This document shows positions 37,665-48,230 of a DNA stretch of 64,000 nucleotides, one piece after another; the first letter of the stretch is position 1, and the number at the start of each line of letters is the position of its first letter. A model generated the notes under the pieces. That model did no database searches. It had not been told where the DNA came from and was given only the letters and a program-made list of their open reading frames with translations. The stretch is taken from the NCBI GenBank assembly GCA_028820455.1, contig JAPPJC010000006.1:34682-98681 (forward strand), read 5' to 3'. The position numbers were made by a program, and so were the translations under genes. Origin of the DNA: Acidimicrobiaceae bacterium. GTDB taxonomy: Bacteria > Actinomycetota > Acidimicrobiia > Acidimicrobiales > Aldehydirespiratoraceae.

Positions 37665-38453
37665 CTAAACACCGACTACTACCTGTGCAAATCGCACTAT
37701 CAAGCCGTTGCCGATGCTACTTTTCACCGTGGCTTTACTACCCAGAAGATCTTGTTCGAGTAGTACGCGTTCCTTATACCAACCTTGCAAACGCCCTTCA
37801 ACGATCTTGTTCCAAGCATGTTCTGGCTTACCTTCAGCTCTAGTGATTTCCAGCAAGGCATGACGTTCACGTTCGACTTCTTCAGGCGACACATCTTCAA
37901 TGCATAAGTGTTTCGGCATAGCGAACGCTATGTGCAATGCCACCTGATGCAAAGCCTCACCATCCACCCCTGATCCTTCCACAATCACAGCATTTATGCC
38001 TCTGCCATGCTGTTTATGCACGTAAAAGTCAACCGTGTTGCCTTCTGCACCCACAATGTATTGGACCTCTCCAAGAGCGATGTTCTCTTTCAAAGTCAAC
38101 TGGATATCCTGGATGTCAGAAGTATGCTTGATGGTAGCTGCAGGACCATCAGCATGTACAGACCGAGCCAACGACTCGGTTAAGGAGACGAATTCTTTAT
38201 TCTTCGCAGAAAAGTCGGTTTCGCACTTTAGCATCACTAGAGCAGCACTACTACTATCACCTACCACGGCTACAGCACCCTGATTGCTTGCACGATCATT
38301 GCGGGTGAGAGCCTTAGCCAAGCCTTGCTCTCTCAACAACTGGTGGGCTGCTTCAACGTCACCATTAGCTTTTGTCAGTGCGTTTTTCGCATCCATCATG
38401 CCCGCGCCTGTAGCATCACGGAGTGCTTTCACATCTTGAGCTGTAATTGTCAC
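37665..38453 (-). CDS. tsf: Elongation factor Ts
   Basis: The UBA-like N-terminus reads [19 protein letters not shown]. The GTG start overlaps the rpsB stop (GTGA). Confidence 0.9.
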   Translation of the reverse strand: MTITAQDVKALRDATGAGMMDAKNALTKANGDVEAAHQLLREQGLAKALTRNDRASNQGAVAVVGDSSSAALVMLKCETDFSAKNKEFVSLTESLARSVHADGPAATIKHTSDIQDIQLTLKENIALGEVQYIVGAEGNTVDFYVHKQHGRGINAVIVEGSGVDGEALHQVALHIAFAMPKHLCIEDVSPEEVERERHALLEITRAEGKPEHAWNKIVEGRLQGWYKERVLLEQDLLGSKATVKSSIGNGLIVRFAQVVVGV

Positions 38454-39412
38454 GTCATTCTCCTCATATCTGCGAATTCTTCAGACATCACAGGCGAATC
38501 CGATGAAGCAGCAGTGTCATCCACAGCAGCAGTGCCATCGACTGCTTTTTCGTGAACAACCACTTTTTGAGTGTCTGTTGTGTCTTGGTTGTCCATGTTA
38601 ACCGGTTCCACGTTAACTGGTCGCGCTGACTGCATAGGCTCTGCCGATCCTATGGATTCTACCGACTGTAAAAGGTGAGCCTGAATAGATGGTGCTTCTG
38701 ATCCATCAGACCCATCAACACGCTTAGAACGCATTAAGCGTCCCTCTTGAACGGCGTCAGAAACGATCCTACTGATAAGCTCGCCAACCCGAATAGCGTC
38801 ATCATTGCCTGGTATGGCATATTCCACCAGGTCCGGATCACAGTTAGTGTCGACTAGCGCAACAATAGGCACACCTAACTTACGCGCTTCAGCCACTGCT
38901 GTAGCTTCCTTTTGTGTGTCGAGAATGAATACCGCTCCAGGTGGTTCTTCCATTTCACTGATTCCACCTAGATTGCGCTCTAGCTGAACTAGTTTTTTGG
39001 AAAGTGCCAGCACTTCTTTTTTCGGCATTAATTCAAACTCGCCAGAGTCACGCATACGCTGATATTCCTTCATTTTGGCAATGCGCTTGGAAATGGTCTT
39101 GAAATTCGTGAGCATTCCCCCTAACCATCGTTCACACACATAAGGCATATCACATCGCTCAGCATAAAGCCGCACAGACTCTTGAGCTTGTTTTTTTGTT
39201 CCAACAAATAGCACCACCCCATCATTGGCCACTAGGTCACGCACAAACTGATAAGCCTGTTCCAGATGAGCAAGAGTCTGTCTTAAATCAATAATGTGTA
39301 TACCTGAGCTCTCGCTGTGGATAAACCTTTTCATTTTTGGGTTCCAACGACGAGTTTGATGACCGAAGTGCACTCCGGCATCTAGCAGTTGTTTCATTGT
39401 TACAACAGCCAT
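38450..39412 (-). CDS. rpsB: 30S ribosomal protein S2 with ~85-aa C-terminal extension
   Basis: [27 protein letters not shown] and VDTNCDPD motifs. Confidence 0.95.
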   Translation of the reverse strand: MAVVTMKQLLDAGVHFGHQTRRWNPKMKRFIHSESSGIHIIDLRQTLAHLEQAYQFVRDLVANDGVVLFVGTKKQAQESVRLYAERCDMPYVCERWLGGMLTNFKTISKRIAKMKEYQRMRDSGEFELMPKKEVLALSKKLVQLERNLGGISEMEEPPGAVFILDTQKEATAVAEARKLGVPIVALVDTNCDPDLVEYAIPGNDDAIRVGELISRIVSDAVQEGRLMRSKRVDGSDGSEAPSIQAHLLQSVESIGSAEPMQSARPVNVEPVNMDNQDTTDTQKVVVHEKAVDGTAAVDDTAASSDSPVMSEEFADMRRMT

Positions 39413-39699
39413 ACTTTATGTTCTCCGTGTTTCTTTTACTTTGCATGACCCGTTCATCGGGCATTACATCAACAAATAAATACAAGCTTGATATTAGCAA
39501 GCTTAAGCGATAACTGCGCCCTTACGGGGTATATCTACCGTATATCCATACTGATTATCTACCGTATGTCCATACCGCAAATATCGTTGTGGCACTACAA
39601 CTACAGTTAGCACTACCACAAAATAGTGCCACTATCAACAATGCCACTACAACTGCTGACAACAATGCCTAAACGATGTGTCAACATGTAACGGTAGTA

Positions 39700-40533
39700 T
39701 TACTTAGCAGGCAATGGATCATTTGGGATTAGCCGAACACTCACACGACGCTCTGCCACAAAAGTCATCGGATCAACATACTCGCCATTAACCCTTACAC
39801 CAAAATGCAGTAGACGTTCACCTGCGAGTCCAATCACACCTCCCTGAGAGACCCGTTGTCCTTGGGTCACGCTAATCCGACTCAAATATGAATAAGAGCT
39901 GAACACACCACCACCATGATCCAATGTTACGTACAACTCTTTGGCCACCAAACCCGCAAAACTGACTTCACCAGCAGCGGAAGCTCTCACCGTGTCACCT
40001 ACATCGGTGTGATACTCGATTCCACGATTACCAGGCCCGTATGGCCCTTCAGGGGGTCGGAAGGGATCAGACACATCAGCATCAACCGGAGATTCAAACA
40101 CCAGTAGGCCATCACCTGCTTCACCCATCACAAGCCCACGCTGAATCAAACCAGTCCCATGATTTTCATTCGCTGACTGAAACTTCAAGGGTTCCTGTGA
40201 ATGTGCGAGCCTGGGAATCAAACCAGTCCCATGATTTTCATTCGCTGACTCCACAAACTTGCTTGCTGTAACTGCCTGTATTCCCAACATGCGAACGTAC
40301 TTTTGCTCTTCACTCGCCGATCTTACAGGCTCGTTGAATGCAGGTGGCTCGAACTCACTAGTCATAAGTGAAGAGCCGCCTACCAACATCAGAATACTGG
40401 CAGCGGCTTTTTGCAAGGAATATGCTGTTTTATGGCTTAAACTTAATTTCAAAACAGCACAAATACGCAGTTTTGCCACACAGACAAGCGGAGCATACGA
40501 AACAGTTTCGCAACACAGAATAGGCATGCACAT
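39700..40533 (-). CDS. LytM/M23-domain protein with degenerate metal ligands
   Basis: The C-terminal M23 fold reads …GNRGIEYHTDVGDTVRASAAGEVSFAG…VTLDHGGGVFSSYSYLS…GGVIGLAGERLLHFGVRVNGEYVDP. NRGIE sits where H-x-x-x-D is expected, and LLHF where H-L-H-F is expected. The likely true start is TTG at 40416 (QKAAASILMLVGGSSL signal-like). Confidence 0.75.
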   Translation of the reverse strand: MCMPILCCETVSYAPLVCVAKLRICAVLKLSLSHKTAYSLQKAAASILMLVGGSSLMTSEFEPPAFNEPVRSASEEQKYVRMLGIQAVTASKFVESANENHGTGLIPRLAHSQEPLKFQSANENHGTGLIQRGLVMGEAGDGLLVFESPVDADVSDPFRPPEGPYGPGNRGIEYHTDVGDTVRASAAGEVSFAGLVAKELYVTLDHGGGVFSSYSYLSRISVTQGQRVSQGGVIGLAGERLLHFGVRVNGEYVDPMTFVAERRVSVRLIPNDPLPAK

Positions 40534-40687
40534 ATGTTACCATATTAATAGATGATAATGCATTTTCATGTAATTTAATTAATTTTAAGCTGATTTTATT
40601 ATATTTATGTTATTTAGGGATTGCTTAGACTCTGTTAATAGAACCACTCCCACAAAACGTCGACACGCATAAAACACTCGCCGCAAC

Positions 40688-41638
40688 ATGCATAAGGAAG
40701 ACCTACCAAACGTGAACAACCGGAAAAATATTGCAGTAGTCCCCGCAAGCAACACAGGAATGCATAACGCCTTTGTTCAGGCTGTGCAAGACGCAGGCGG
40801 TGAGCTTGCACCTGTGGAAACAGCCACTGCCTTGATATGGGCTGACGCTCAAGATTCTTCTCCATACCCTGAAATAATTGCTAAAGCACCGCATGTTCAA
40901 TGGGTGCAACTACCTTACGCAGGTGTCGAAAACTTTTCTGAATACTTGGATAACAACCACATTTGGACGTGCGGGAAAGGCGTTTATGCAGACCCGGTAG
41001 CAGAATACATCGTTGGTGCACTGCTATTGGGCTTGCGTGATTTCTACAAGTTCGTGCCAGCCAACAGCTGGCAAACCCGAACGGGACGCAATCTTCTGGG
41101 GGCTGATATAACTGTGCTCGGTGGGGGTGGTATCACTGAATCTCTGCTTCGCTTACTGCAACCCTGGAAATGCAAAGTCACCGTTGTCAGGCGTTCTGCA
41201 GCATCTTTTTCCGGTGCCATCCGAACTGTTACCCTGTCTTCTGCTGTCGACGCGGTAGTTGAAACCGACGCGGTGGTGCTATCCCTGGCACTTACAAACG
41301 AAACACGTCACGTAGTGGACGAAAAGCTGCTAGACGCTATGAGTACCAACGCTTGGCTCATCAATGTAGCTCGAGGCGGTCATGTCGACCACAAAGCATT
41401 AGCAGACGCTCTACGTTCGGACAGCATCGCCGGTGCAGTCCTTGACGTGACTGACCCTGAACCTCTTCCTGATGATTCTGAACTATGGAGCTTACCGAAT
41501 TGCATTATCACTCCACACACTGGAAATACTGCAGAAATGGGATTACCGCTCATCACACGCAGAGTGAAAGAAAACGTCTCAAGGTGGATTAATGGTAAGC
41601 CGATGTTGGGTTTGGTGGATGTTTTGCATGGCTATTAG
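40688..41638 (+). CDS. D-isomer-specific 2-hydroxyacid dehydrogenase family protein
   Basis: NAD fold ITVLGGGGITESL, …NVARGGHVD…, and …DVTDPEPLP…ITPHTG (catalytic His region). Confidence 0.8.
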   Translation: MHKEDLPNVNNRKNIAVVPASNTGMHNAFVQAVQDAGGELAPVETATALIWADAQDSSPYPEIIAKAPHVQWVQLPYAGVENFSEYLDNNHIWTCGKGVYADPVAEYIVGALLLGLRDFYKFVPANSWQTRTGRNLLGADITVLGGGGITESLLRLLQPWKCKVTVVRRSAASFSGAIRTVTLSSAVDAVVETDAVVLSLALTNETRHVVDEKLLDAMSTNAWLINVARGGHVDHKALADALRSDSIAGAVLDVTDPEPLPDDSELWSLPNCIITPHTGNTAEMGLPLITRRVKENVSRWINGKPMLGLVDVLHGY

Positions 41639-41705
41639 ACTGATGGAGTTTCCTGGTCTGAATATGGAGTCTCCTGTCTATCGACAACGAATGGATGGTT
41701 GAACT

Positions 41706-42365
41706 ATGCTTGATCACATATTCATGGACGCCGTAGGTGCTTTACGTGACGGTCTTGAAGACGCGCGGCTTGAATGCTTGACTGATGAAGAACACCTGCA
41801 GCATGACATACTGCTCGGAGATCTGATTTGGGAAACCTCTTACGGTCTGCCAGGTGAAGGGCTACATCCACGGATTAGTTCAGAATTGACAATGCATTGG
41901 TCTGCTGAATCGCAAGCAGTCTACAGAAGTTGGATTATCAACGACGACTACATTGAACCTCCGAGTGTAGGCATTGAAATCACATTCTGCATGAGCAACC
42001 TTATCGAACAGTCGACCACCACAGCGCGAACCCCACAACCAGCTGACACAGCCCCGCTGCCAACAGACAGAAAACCGACACGACAACCGATTCATAGAAA
42101 AATAGCGGAAATTCTACCACAATGCAGCCCGAAGATTGGTGACACTAAGCTTGAGCGCGGCTGTATGACCTCCAAAACCCTCTACGATGACGAACTCAAC
42201 CTAATTGCCAATTTTTTCGAAGTGCCTTACGAAGGTGCATATTATTTGGATGAAAACGTACTAGCAGACGGAAGTAGATTGGATGAGCACTTCAATAAAT
42301 TAGGGAGTTGGGTGTCATCTATCTTGGCTCGTATCGGCCACCCTAAGCTATCCTCGGCCGCTTAA
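41706..42365 (+). CDS. Hypothetical protein
   Basis: 219-aa ORF in a coherent + strand run. No motif recognised. Confidence 0.4.
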   Translation: MLDHIFMDAVGALRDGLEDARLECLTDEEHLQHDILLGDLIWETSYGLPGEGLHPRISSELTMHWSAESQAVYRSWIINDDYIEPPSVGIEITFCMSNLIEQSTTTARTPQPADTAPLPTDRKPTRQPIHRKIAEILPQCSPKIGDTKLERGCMTSKTLYDDELNLIANFFEVPYEGAYYLDENVLADGSRLDEHFNKLGSWVSSILARIGHPKLSSAA

Positions 42366-42472
42366 ACCTTCGCCATTCCTCAAACCTAAACTGTTGCCAC
42401 CTAACTTGCTTTTATTGGACTGTTATCCGTCGTTTGAATATCTACTAGCCAAACACGGCCGCTAATCAGGAT

Positions 42473-43756
42473 ATGAAGCATCTACTCGAACCATTCCACA
42501 CAACAGACAGCTACGATACTTCCGAAATAGTCGGCAACCACTTCCATCCCGACAGAAACTTCAGATATCTGTTGATGGTTGCTGTCGTAATGCTTGCCAG
42601 CGTTACTGTTCCCACTGGTGTGGTTGAAGCCCAAACTCACCACTTAGCCAGCAAAATAGAAGATTTGCGGAAACAGCGTAAAGAGCTACAGGAAATCCAG
42701 GCAGAGATTGCTGCAAAGCTGAACACTGCCGAAGCGGACATCGACAGCCTTACAGCTGCTCTAATGAAAGTGCAACAGTCGGTGAACTTGCAGCAGGATT
42801 CCTATGATACTGCTGAATCTGTAGCATCAGCAGCTGAAACTGTGTTGCATGAAGCTGAAAAAGCTGTCGATGAACATAGTCAGAGCATCCAAGACACCAG
42901 CCTGAGCCTACAAAAAACAGCCGTAGAGTCTTATATCAGGCTTCATTCGCCTGTTGACTCAACAGTTTTGTTTGATGCCGACCCATGGCAGAACACTCGC
43001 AGCAAAGCCCTACTGGCATTCGCTGTCGACGGTGGTATTGACGTCATCGACAGACTTCGAACAACCGAAGCTCAGCTTGAAGAAGCTGAAAACCTGCTTG
43101 CCAGAGCCGCGGTTGAAGCCCAACGCCACAAAAACGAGGCAGAAGAACGTCTACAAAAGTTGCTTACTGCTAGAAACCGCGAAGCAAAATTCGCAGAAGA
43201 AGCCGAAAAAAGGCTCGACTCTTTGCTCTATGAATCTCAATTAATGCAAGACCTAGATGAGAAGTTAGCCGCAGAAATAGCACGTGAAGTGCAAAAACTA
43301 GCTGAAGCTTTAGCCCGTACTCAAGCCAAAGCTGCTGAAGCAACACTTCCGGCTGGTTCCAAGGTGCAACTCGTATCTGTAAAAGGTTTGATAGTTTCGG
43401 AGACTATAGCAGTGGAAACCGAAGGTTTGATTACTGCTATGGAAGCTAAAGGATACAAACTCGGTGGCGGTGGCTACCGCAGTCCCACCGCGCAAATTTC
43501 TTTAAGGAAAGCACATTGTGGCACATCTGAATACGCTATTTGGCATATGCCGGCCAGCAAATGTTCACCACCCACAGCGCGACCGGGCAGAAGCGACCAT
43601 GAACGCGGTTTGGCGATCGACTTTACGTACCAAGGGCGTATAATATCAAACCGCAACAGCGCAGTGTTCAAAGAACTTCAACGTACGGCACCAGACTTTG
43701 GGTTCGTGAACCTTCCCAGCGAACCATGGCATTGGTCGAATACGCCAGAAGATTGA
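42473..43756 (+). CDS. Coiled-coil protein with C-terminal VanY/M15-type D-Ala-D-Ala carboxypeptidase domain
   Basis: N-terminal TM/signal (YLLMVAVVMLASVTVPTGVV) and a long coiled coil. The C-terminus has GRSDHERGLAIDF (S-x-H-x-x-G-x-A-x-D) and PSEPWHW (E-x-x-H). Confidence 0.75.
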   Translation: MKHLLEPFHTTDSYDTSEIVGNHFHPDRNFRYLLMVAVVMLASVTVPTGVVEAQTHHLASKIEDLRKQRKELQEIQAEIAAKLNTAEADIDSLTAALMKVQQSVNLQQDSYDTAESVASAAETVLHEAEKAVDEHSQSIQDTSLSLQKTAVESYIRLHSPVDSTVLFDADPWQNTRSKALLAFAVDGGIDVIDRLRTTEAQLEEAENLLARAAVEAQRHKNEAEERLQKLLTARNREAKFAEEAEKRLDSLLYESQLMQDLDEKLAAEIAREVQKLAEALARTQAKAAEATLPAGSKVQLVSVKGLIVSETIAVETEGLITAMEAKGYKLGGGGYRSPTAQISLRKAHCGTSEYAIWHMPASKCSPPTARPGRSDHERGLAIDFTYQGRIISNRNSAVFKELQRTAPDFGFVNLPSEPWHWSNTPED

Positions 43757-43860
43757 AACAACTATGAGTGTCAGCCGCCACAAGCGAGATCATTAATCTC
43801 CACCCCAGTGAATACACCACAAAGTTGAAACGACTATGAGCATCGGGGGGGCAAATACAA

Positions 43861-45564
43861 ATGCCAGAGGCCGAGCATTTGAAAACCGAAAACATTCACA
43901 AGCAGCCATTTCTGAGATACTGCTTACTATGTTTGCAAAAAATCCCTGCTTGGCTGCGGGCTATTATCGCAGGCCTGTGTGTTGCAGCTTCGGTACCCCC
44001 TTGGGGCTGGTGGCCTTTAGGCTTTGTCGGTTTCGCCTTTTGGACTGAACTATTCGTTGCCCGCCCTTTTCCACCGCGCTGGTGGCACAGAGTAGGACTA
44101 TCGACTCTCGCTGCCATAGCATGGTTTGCCCCATCCACAGTATGGATGATAGATTTCACTGTCATCGGCTGGATAATAGCAGTAGCATACTTTGCCCTCA
44201 TTCACGGATGTGCAGCTATTTTCGTGCCAGCCACTCAACAACGTTACATAGTACTTCCCGCTGCTTTTGTGTTGGCAGAACTACTTCGTTGGAACTGGCC
44301 TTTTGGTGGACTGCCACTAGCTACTGTGTCCATGGGTCAGGTAGCGAGCCCACTAGCCAACACCGCCAGACTCGGAGGCTCTATTCTGCTGACAGGACTC
44401 ACAGTCGCTGTGGGAGGCATCTTAGCCATGGCAGTGTCCGGGCGTTTGAAACCAGCACTGCTTGCAACAGCAGGCATAACAGCTGTAACGATAGCCGCTA
44501 CACACAGTCCAAGAAGCATGCCAGTGATGTCTTCGGCAAAATCCCAACTACCAGCAACAATTCGTGTGGCTGCTGTGCAGGGTGGCGGACCCCAAAACAC
44601 AAGGGCTGATATATGCACTCGACGAGATGTGTTTGAACGTCACTTTGAAGCTACTCAAACCCTGGTCATGCCGACGGTGGACTTGATCTTATGGCCTGAA
44701 GGTGCAGCCAACTTAAGTGCCGCAGGAGCTATACCCCCCCCCTCCCACGCACGTTGCAACAATTTACCGCTGCTTAAAGCCGAAGAAACTCGAGAACGTC
44801 TTTTAGGTTTGGCTGAAGAAAAAACCGCTGTTATGGTGGTGGGCTTATTCGAACGCGCTGCTGACGGCAAATCCAACCTCAACTACGCTGTTGCCTACGA
44901 TCCATTCGGAACTGTCAGCGACGCATACCACAAACATCGTATAGTTCCTTTCGGTGAATATGTTCCACTGCGTTCATGGCTTGAACGCTTCAATGAAGAA
45001 TTGCCGCAGCGTGATGTCAAAGCAGGTGATGCTGCAACACCTGCCGTCGTTGAAACGCCACTGGGCACTTTGGGGGTGTCGATATCGTGGGAAATATTCT
45101 TTGACCACCGAGTTCGCAACTCGGTTATGAATGGAGCTGAAATCCTGCTGAACCCCACTAATGGTTCCAGCTACTGGCTCACTGTGGTGCAATCTCAGCA
45201 GATAGCGGTAAGTCGTTTGAGAGCTCTTGAAACAGACCGTTGGATTATTCAGGCAAGCCCAACAGGGCTTTCTGCTATCATAAATCCTCACGGTAGAATA
45301 CTGAGCCGTTCTGACGTATCCGAGCGTGCCGTTTTGCAGGCTTCGGTGGAAGCGCGCACAGGAAAAACACTGGCAGTGCGTTTAGGCCCACAACCAACAG
45401 CATGGACTGCAATACTGATAATCCTTTTCACTTGTATCACAAGCCGAATAACGAAGCAGAGCCGAAAAGGTGATGATCCACAAACACGAGACGCACGAAA
45501 ACAAGCTGGCAAACAGAAGAGCACAGACCCTCCACCCACCTTGAGAGAGGACATTGCCCACTAG
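43861..45564 (+). CDS. lnt: Apolipoprotein N-acyltransferase-like (CN-hydrolase) membrane protein, Ser at catalytic Cys position
   Basis: Multi-TM N-half. The CN-hydrolase half has LILWPEGA (Glu), YHKHRIVPFGEYVP (Lys) and GVSISWEIFF, where E. coli Lnt has V-I-C-Y-E. Confidence 0.8.
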   Translation: MPEAEHLKTENIHKQPFLRYCLLCLQKIPAWLRAIIAGLCVAASVPPWGWWPLGFVGFAFWTELFVARPFPPRWWHRVGLSTLAAIAWFAPSTVWMIDFTVIGWIIAVAYFALIHGCAAIFVPATQQRYIVLPAAFVLAELLRWNWPFGGLPLATVSMGQVASPLANTARLGGSILLTGLTVAVGGILAMAVSGRLKPALLATAGITAVTIAATHSPRSMPVMSSAKSQLPATIRVAAVQGGGPQNTRADICTRRDVFERHFEATQTLVMPTVDLILWPEGAANLSAAGAIPPPSHARCNNLPLLKAEETRERLLGLAEEKTAVMVVGLFERAADGKSNLNYAVAYDPFGTVSDAYHKHRIVPFGEYVPLRSWLERFNEELPQRDVKAGDAATPAVVETPLGTLGVSISWEIFFDHRVRNSVMNGAEILLNPTNGSSYWLTVVQSQQIAVSRLRALETDRWIIQASPTGLSAIINPHGRILSRSDVSERAVLQASVEARTGKTLAVRLGPQPTAWTAILIILFTCITSRITKQSRKGDDPQTRDARKQAGKQKSTDPPPTLREDIAH

Positions 45565-45590
45565 AAACAATCAACTCGATGACGATCCAG

Positions 45591-47039
45591 TCAATCGTTT
45601 ATTATCCAGGTAAGTACCTGAAATCCGCCAAAACCGTTGGGAGCCAATAATGCTACTGCTTCACCGATACGACTGCGTGCTTTCATAGCCTCTAGATCAC
45701 CTAAGCTAGCACGCTCTAGCCAAATCCTTCGACCTTCAGCTACTAACTCTTCAATTCCGTGCTCTCGTAGAAAATCTGCCATAGTCTGCCTCTGTTGAGC
45801 TTTATGGTCGATTTGTATTTGATGGAAGTCAACATTTGCCGTGATATCGCAAGAACCCGGTTTTTCTAACCATGAAAAAGCGTGGGAGTGCTGCTTGTGA
45901 GTTCTCAACCATTTAAGTCCGGCAGATGAATTCTCTAGAGTTGGTGGGCTATCGGACCCCTCGCTTGCAGTCTCTGAAAAGGTATACTCCTCTGCTTGGA
46001 ATACCGGTTTGCGACTTGTATGGTACTGACTTGCCAGCTGACCGTTGGTCGGTAGAATACTGCCATCCATCTGACTGTCATACTGTGAACTGCTGTTGAA
46101 TCCAGCTTGTGCTTCTACTGCTTCAATATGTTCTTTGAAATGTGCTTCGATGCTAGGTTGTTGTGCTGCACTTGCAAATCCAAAAAAGTCCAAAGCTACT
46201 ATTCGCCCAGAGTTTAACTGTCTGTGAGCTTCTGCCACCCAGCGGCGGGCTGCATTCTGAACCGGCAGGCATGTTCCAACCTCGACATCTGACAATGCCG
46301 GCAGGTTTGTGGTCAAGCTGTCTACGGCAGGTACCGCCACCAAAGAAAAAGCAGGTGGCTCGTTGTTTGTGGATTGGCTACTTTTGCCTGTCTCATCGGC
46401 TCTGCTATTCTTGTCTGCACCGGTTTTATCGGCTTCATTCGGATTGGCTGTATCCGTCTCATCAGTCACAACTACACGCAACTCATTCCAACCACCCACA
46501 GTGCGTTGGACTATGTCAAACGGAAGATTATCAAGAAGCTCATTAGCGATAATAATCCCGCATTCCGCTCTCTGAAGCAGGACGTCTTCCACGGACGCAA
46601 CGCTTGTCACCATCGGATGATCGATGTGCAGTTTGCGTTGAGCCGCTGACAGCTCCACTGCCACCCACTGCAACGCATGTGCAGACATACAGAGCGGTTT
46701 AGCGTCAAGTACTGATCTTGTCAAGGTACCCGGCCCTGCCCCCCAGTCAATCACAACAAAAGGCGACGGTTTTCCAAGGTCAACCCACCAGGCATCCAAG
46801 GCTTTCGCTATGACCGCCCCAAACAAAGGTCCGACTTCCGGTGCGGTCAAAAAATCACCCCGACTGCCTCCAGCACGTCCACCGCCGCTACGCATATAAA
46901 ACCCGTAATCATGATCATAAAGGCAGGCATTCACATATTGTGACACAGGCATTGGTCCGTTGCGTGTGATCTCTGAAGCCACCCTCTCCGTAAGGGCAGC
47001 AACTGCGCGGTTGTCAAAGCTATCAGTCACAAAACACAC
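45591..47039 (-). CDS. MidA/NDUFAF7-family (DUF185) SAM-dependent methyltransferase with large insertions
   Basis: GDFLTAPEVGPLFGAVIAKAL…VVIDWGAGPGTL. Two low-complexity inserts bring it to 482 aa. Confidence 0.75.
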   Translation of the reverse strand: MCFVTDSFDNRAVAALTERVASEITRNGPMPVSQYVNACLYDHDYGFYMRSGGGRAGGSRGDFLTAPEVGPLFGAVIAKALDAWWVDLGKPSPFVVIDWGAGPGTLTRSVLDAKPLCMSAHALQWVAVELSAAQRKLHIDHPMVTSVASVEDVLLQRAECGIIIANELLDNLPFDIVQRTVGGWNELRVVVTDETDTANPNEADKTGADKNSRADETGKSSQSTNNEPPAFSLVAVPAVDSLTTNLPALSDVEVGTCLPVQNAARRWVAEAHRQLNSGRIVALDFFGFASAAQQPSIEAHFKEHIEAVEAQAGFNSSSQYDSQMDGSILPTNGQLASQYHTSRKPVFQAEEYTFSETASEGSDSPPTLENSSAGLKWLRTHKQHSHAFSWLEKPGSCDITANVDFHQIQIDHKAQQRQTMADFLREHGIEELVAEGRRIWLERASLGDLEAMKARSRIGEAVALLAPNGFGGFQVLTWIIND

Positions 47040-47126
47040 CTATAAAAAAACTTCTACAGAAATACGCCAACACTTGTCAAACAATACCTGCTACAAGAAA
47101 CCGAATAAAACCAACATCAAAGCAGA

Positions 47127-48122
47127 TCATCCCAGGTTGATCTGGGTAAACAGTATACGAGCCACCAAATCCTGACCAAAAGCAGTGACTATAGCCAGGT
47201 ACATCAACCCAGTAGCTGCCATGACCGCCGCATACTGTCGTTCTCGCAAGACCACCAAAGTAGTTATGACAAGCCCAACAGTGGTTGCCGTACAAGCAAC
47301 CCAAAACCAGCCTAAAAGACCATTATACCCGTCATTGATGCTGCCGTTTAACACCCATACCATACTTTCAGGCCAAAGCCACATCAGAGTTTCAGGCAGC
47401 CACAAAACGCCGGTTGTTTTTACCAACTGCAAAAAAGGAGCCCGCGGTAAGCCCGGTTGTACCAAATACCAATGGCCAAGTAGCATTGCATCGGTTACAG
47501 CACCAAGAAACAAAGCCCCGATTAACGCTCGGCTAATGGATCGAAGTGCCAGACCAACAAACTGGCCAAACGAGCTGACAACGCCTTCGTAGTCCGCTGT
47601 TTGCACACCAACTTCACCGTGTGGATAAGAAAAGTGGCCTGCCTCTGCAACAATTGACTCTATACTGAGTACTACTACTGCCAGCAACCCTATCAGGGCA
47701 GCGGACAAATCCAAAAAGGGTGGAAACTCCGCTGCTACTGGATCGTAATGGCTGGACCTGTTCATCCCGCTCATAGCAGCAACTCTCGCCGTACGACGTT
47801 CCTTAGTGGCACGCTGACCTGCCACACCAGCATCTTTGCGGAACACTGACAAGGCTAACGCTGCCAAGCCAACTGCCGAAAACACTGCTACCATTGTCGG
47901 GCCAAGCCAAGATTTGTAAGGATGACGAGTATCTACGGCTGAAACATCGGCAGCAGTCAAAAGTAATAAGGCCACAGCCGTCAATACTAGAAACACTCCT
48001 CGCATCAACCAGCCGTAACCAAGACCTACTTCCCGCCTGCGGGTCGTTACCCACAGAAAAAACCAGCCACCCGCCGACCAGGCGGTCAGCACAAAAGCAA
48101 TATCAACATCAACAGCAATCAT
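47127..48122 (-). CDS. Polytopic membrane protein, unknown function
   Basis: 331 aa with at least 7 hydrophobic segments. It is co-oriented directly downstream of lipB/lipA, a position where actinobacteria commonly carry a conserved membrane protein. Confidence 0.5.
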   Translation of the reverse strand: MIAVDVDIAFVLTAWSAGGWFFLWVTTRRREVGLGYGWLMRGVFLVLTAVALLLLTAADVSAVDTRHPYKSWLGPTMVAVFSAVGLAALALSVFRKDAGVAGQRATKERRTARVAAMSGMNRSSHYDPVAAEFPPFLDLSAALIGLLAVVVLSIESIVAEAGHFSYPHGEVGVQTADYEGVVSSFGQFVGLALRSISRALIGALFLGAVTDAMLLGHWYLVQPGLPRAPFLQLVKTTGVLWLPETLMWLWPESMVWVLNGSINDGYNGLLGWFWVACTATTVGLVITTLVVLRERQYAAVMAATGLMYLAIVTAFGQDLVARILFTQINLG

Positions 48123-48230
48123 TTAGATGTTGGTCGGTTCTGCGTCTACTTCATGTGTTAAATCTTCTTCAACTCCACATCTTTCACTCAAGCGGCGGTG
48201 AGTATGCCAGCTATACGATTCGGGCATGTT

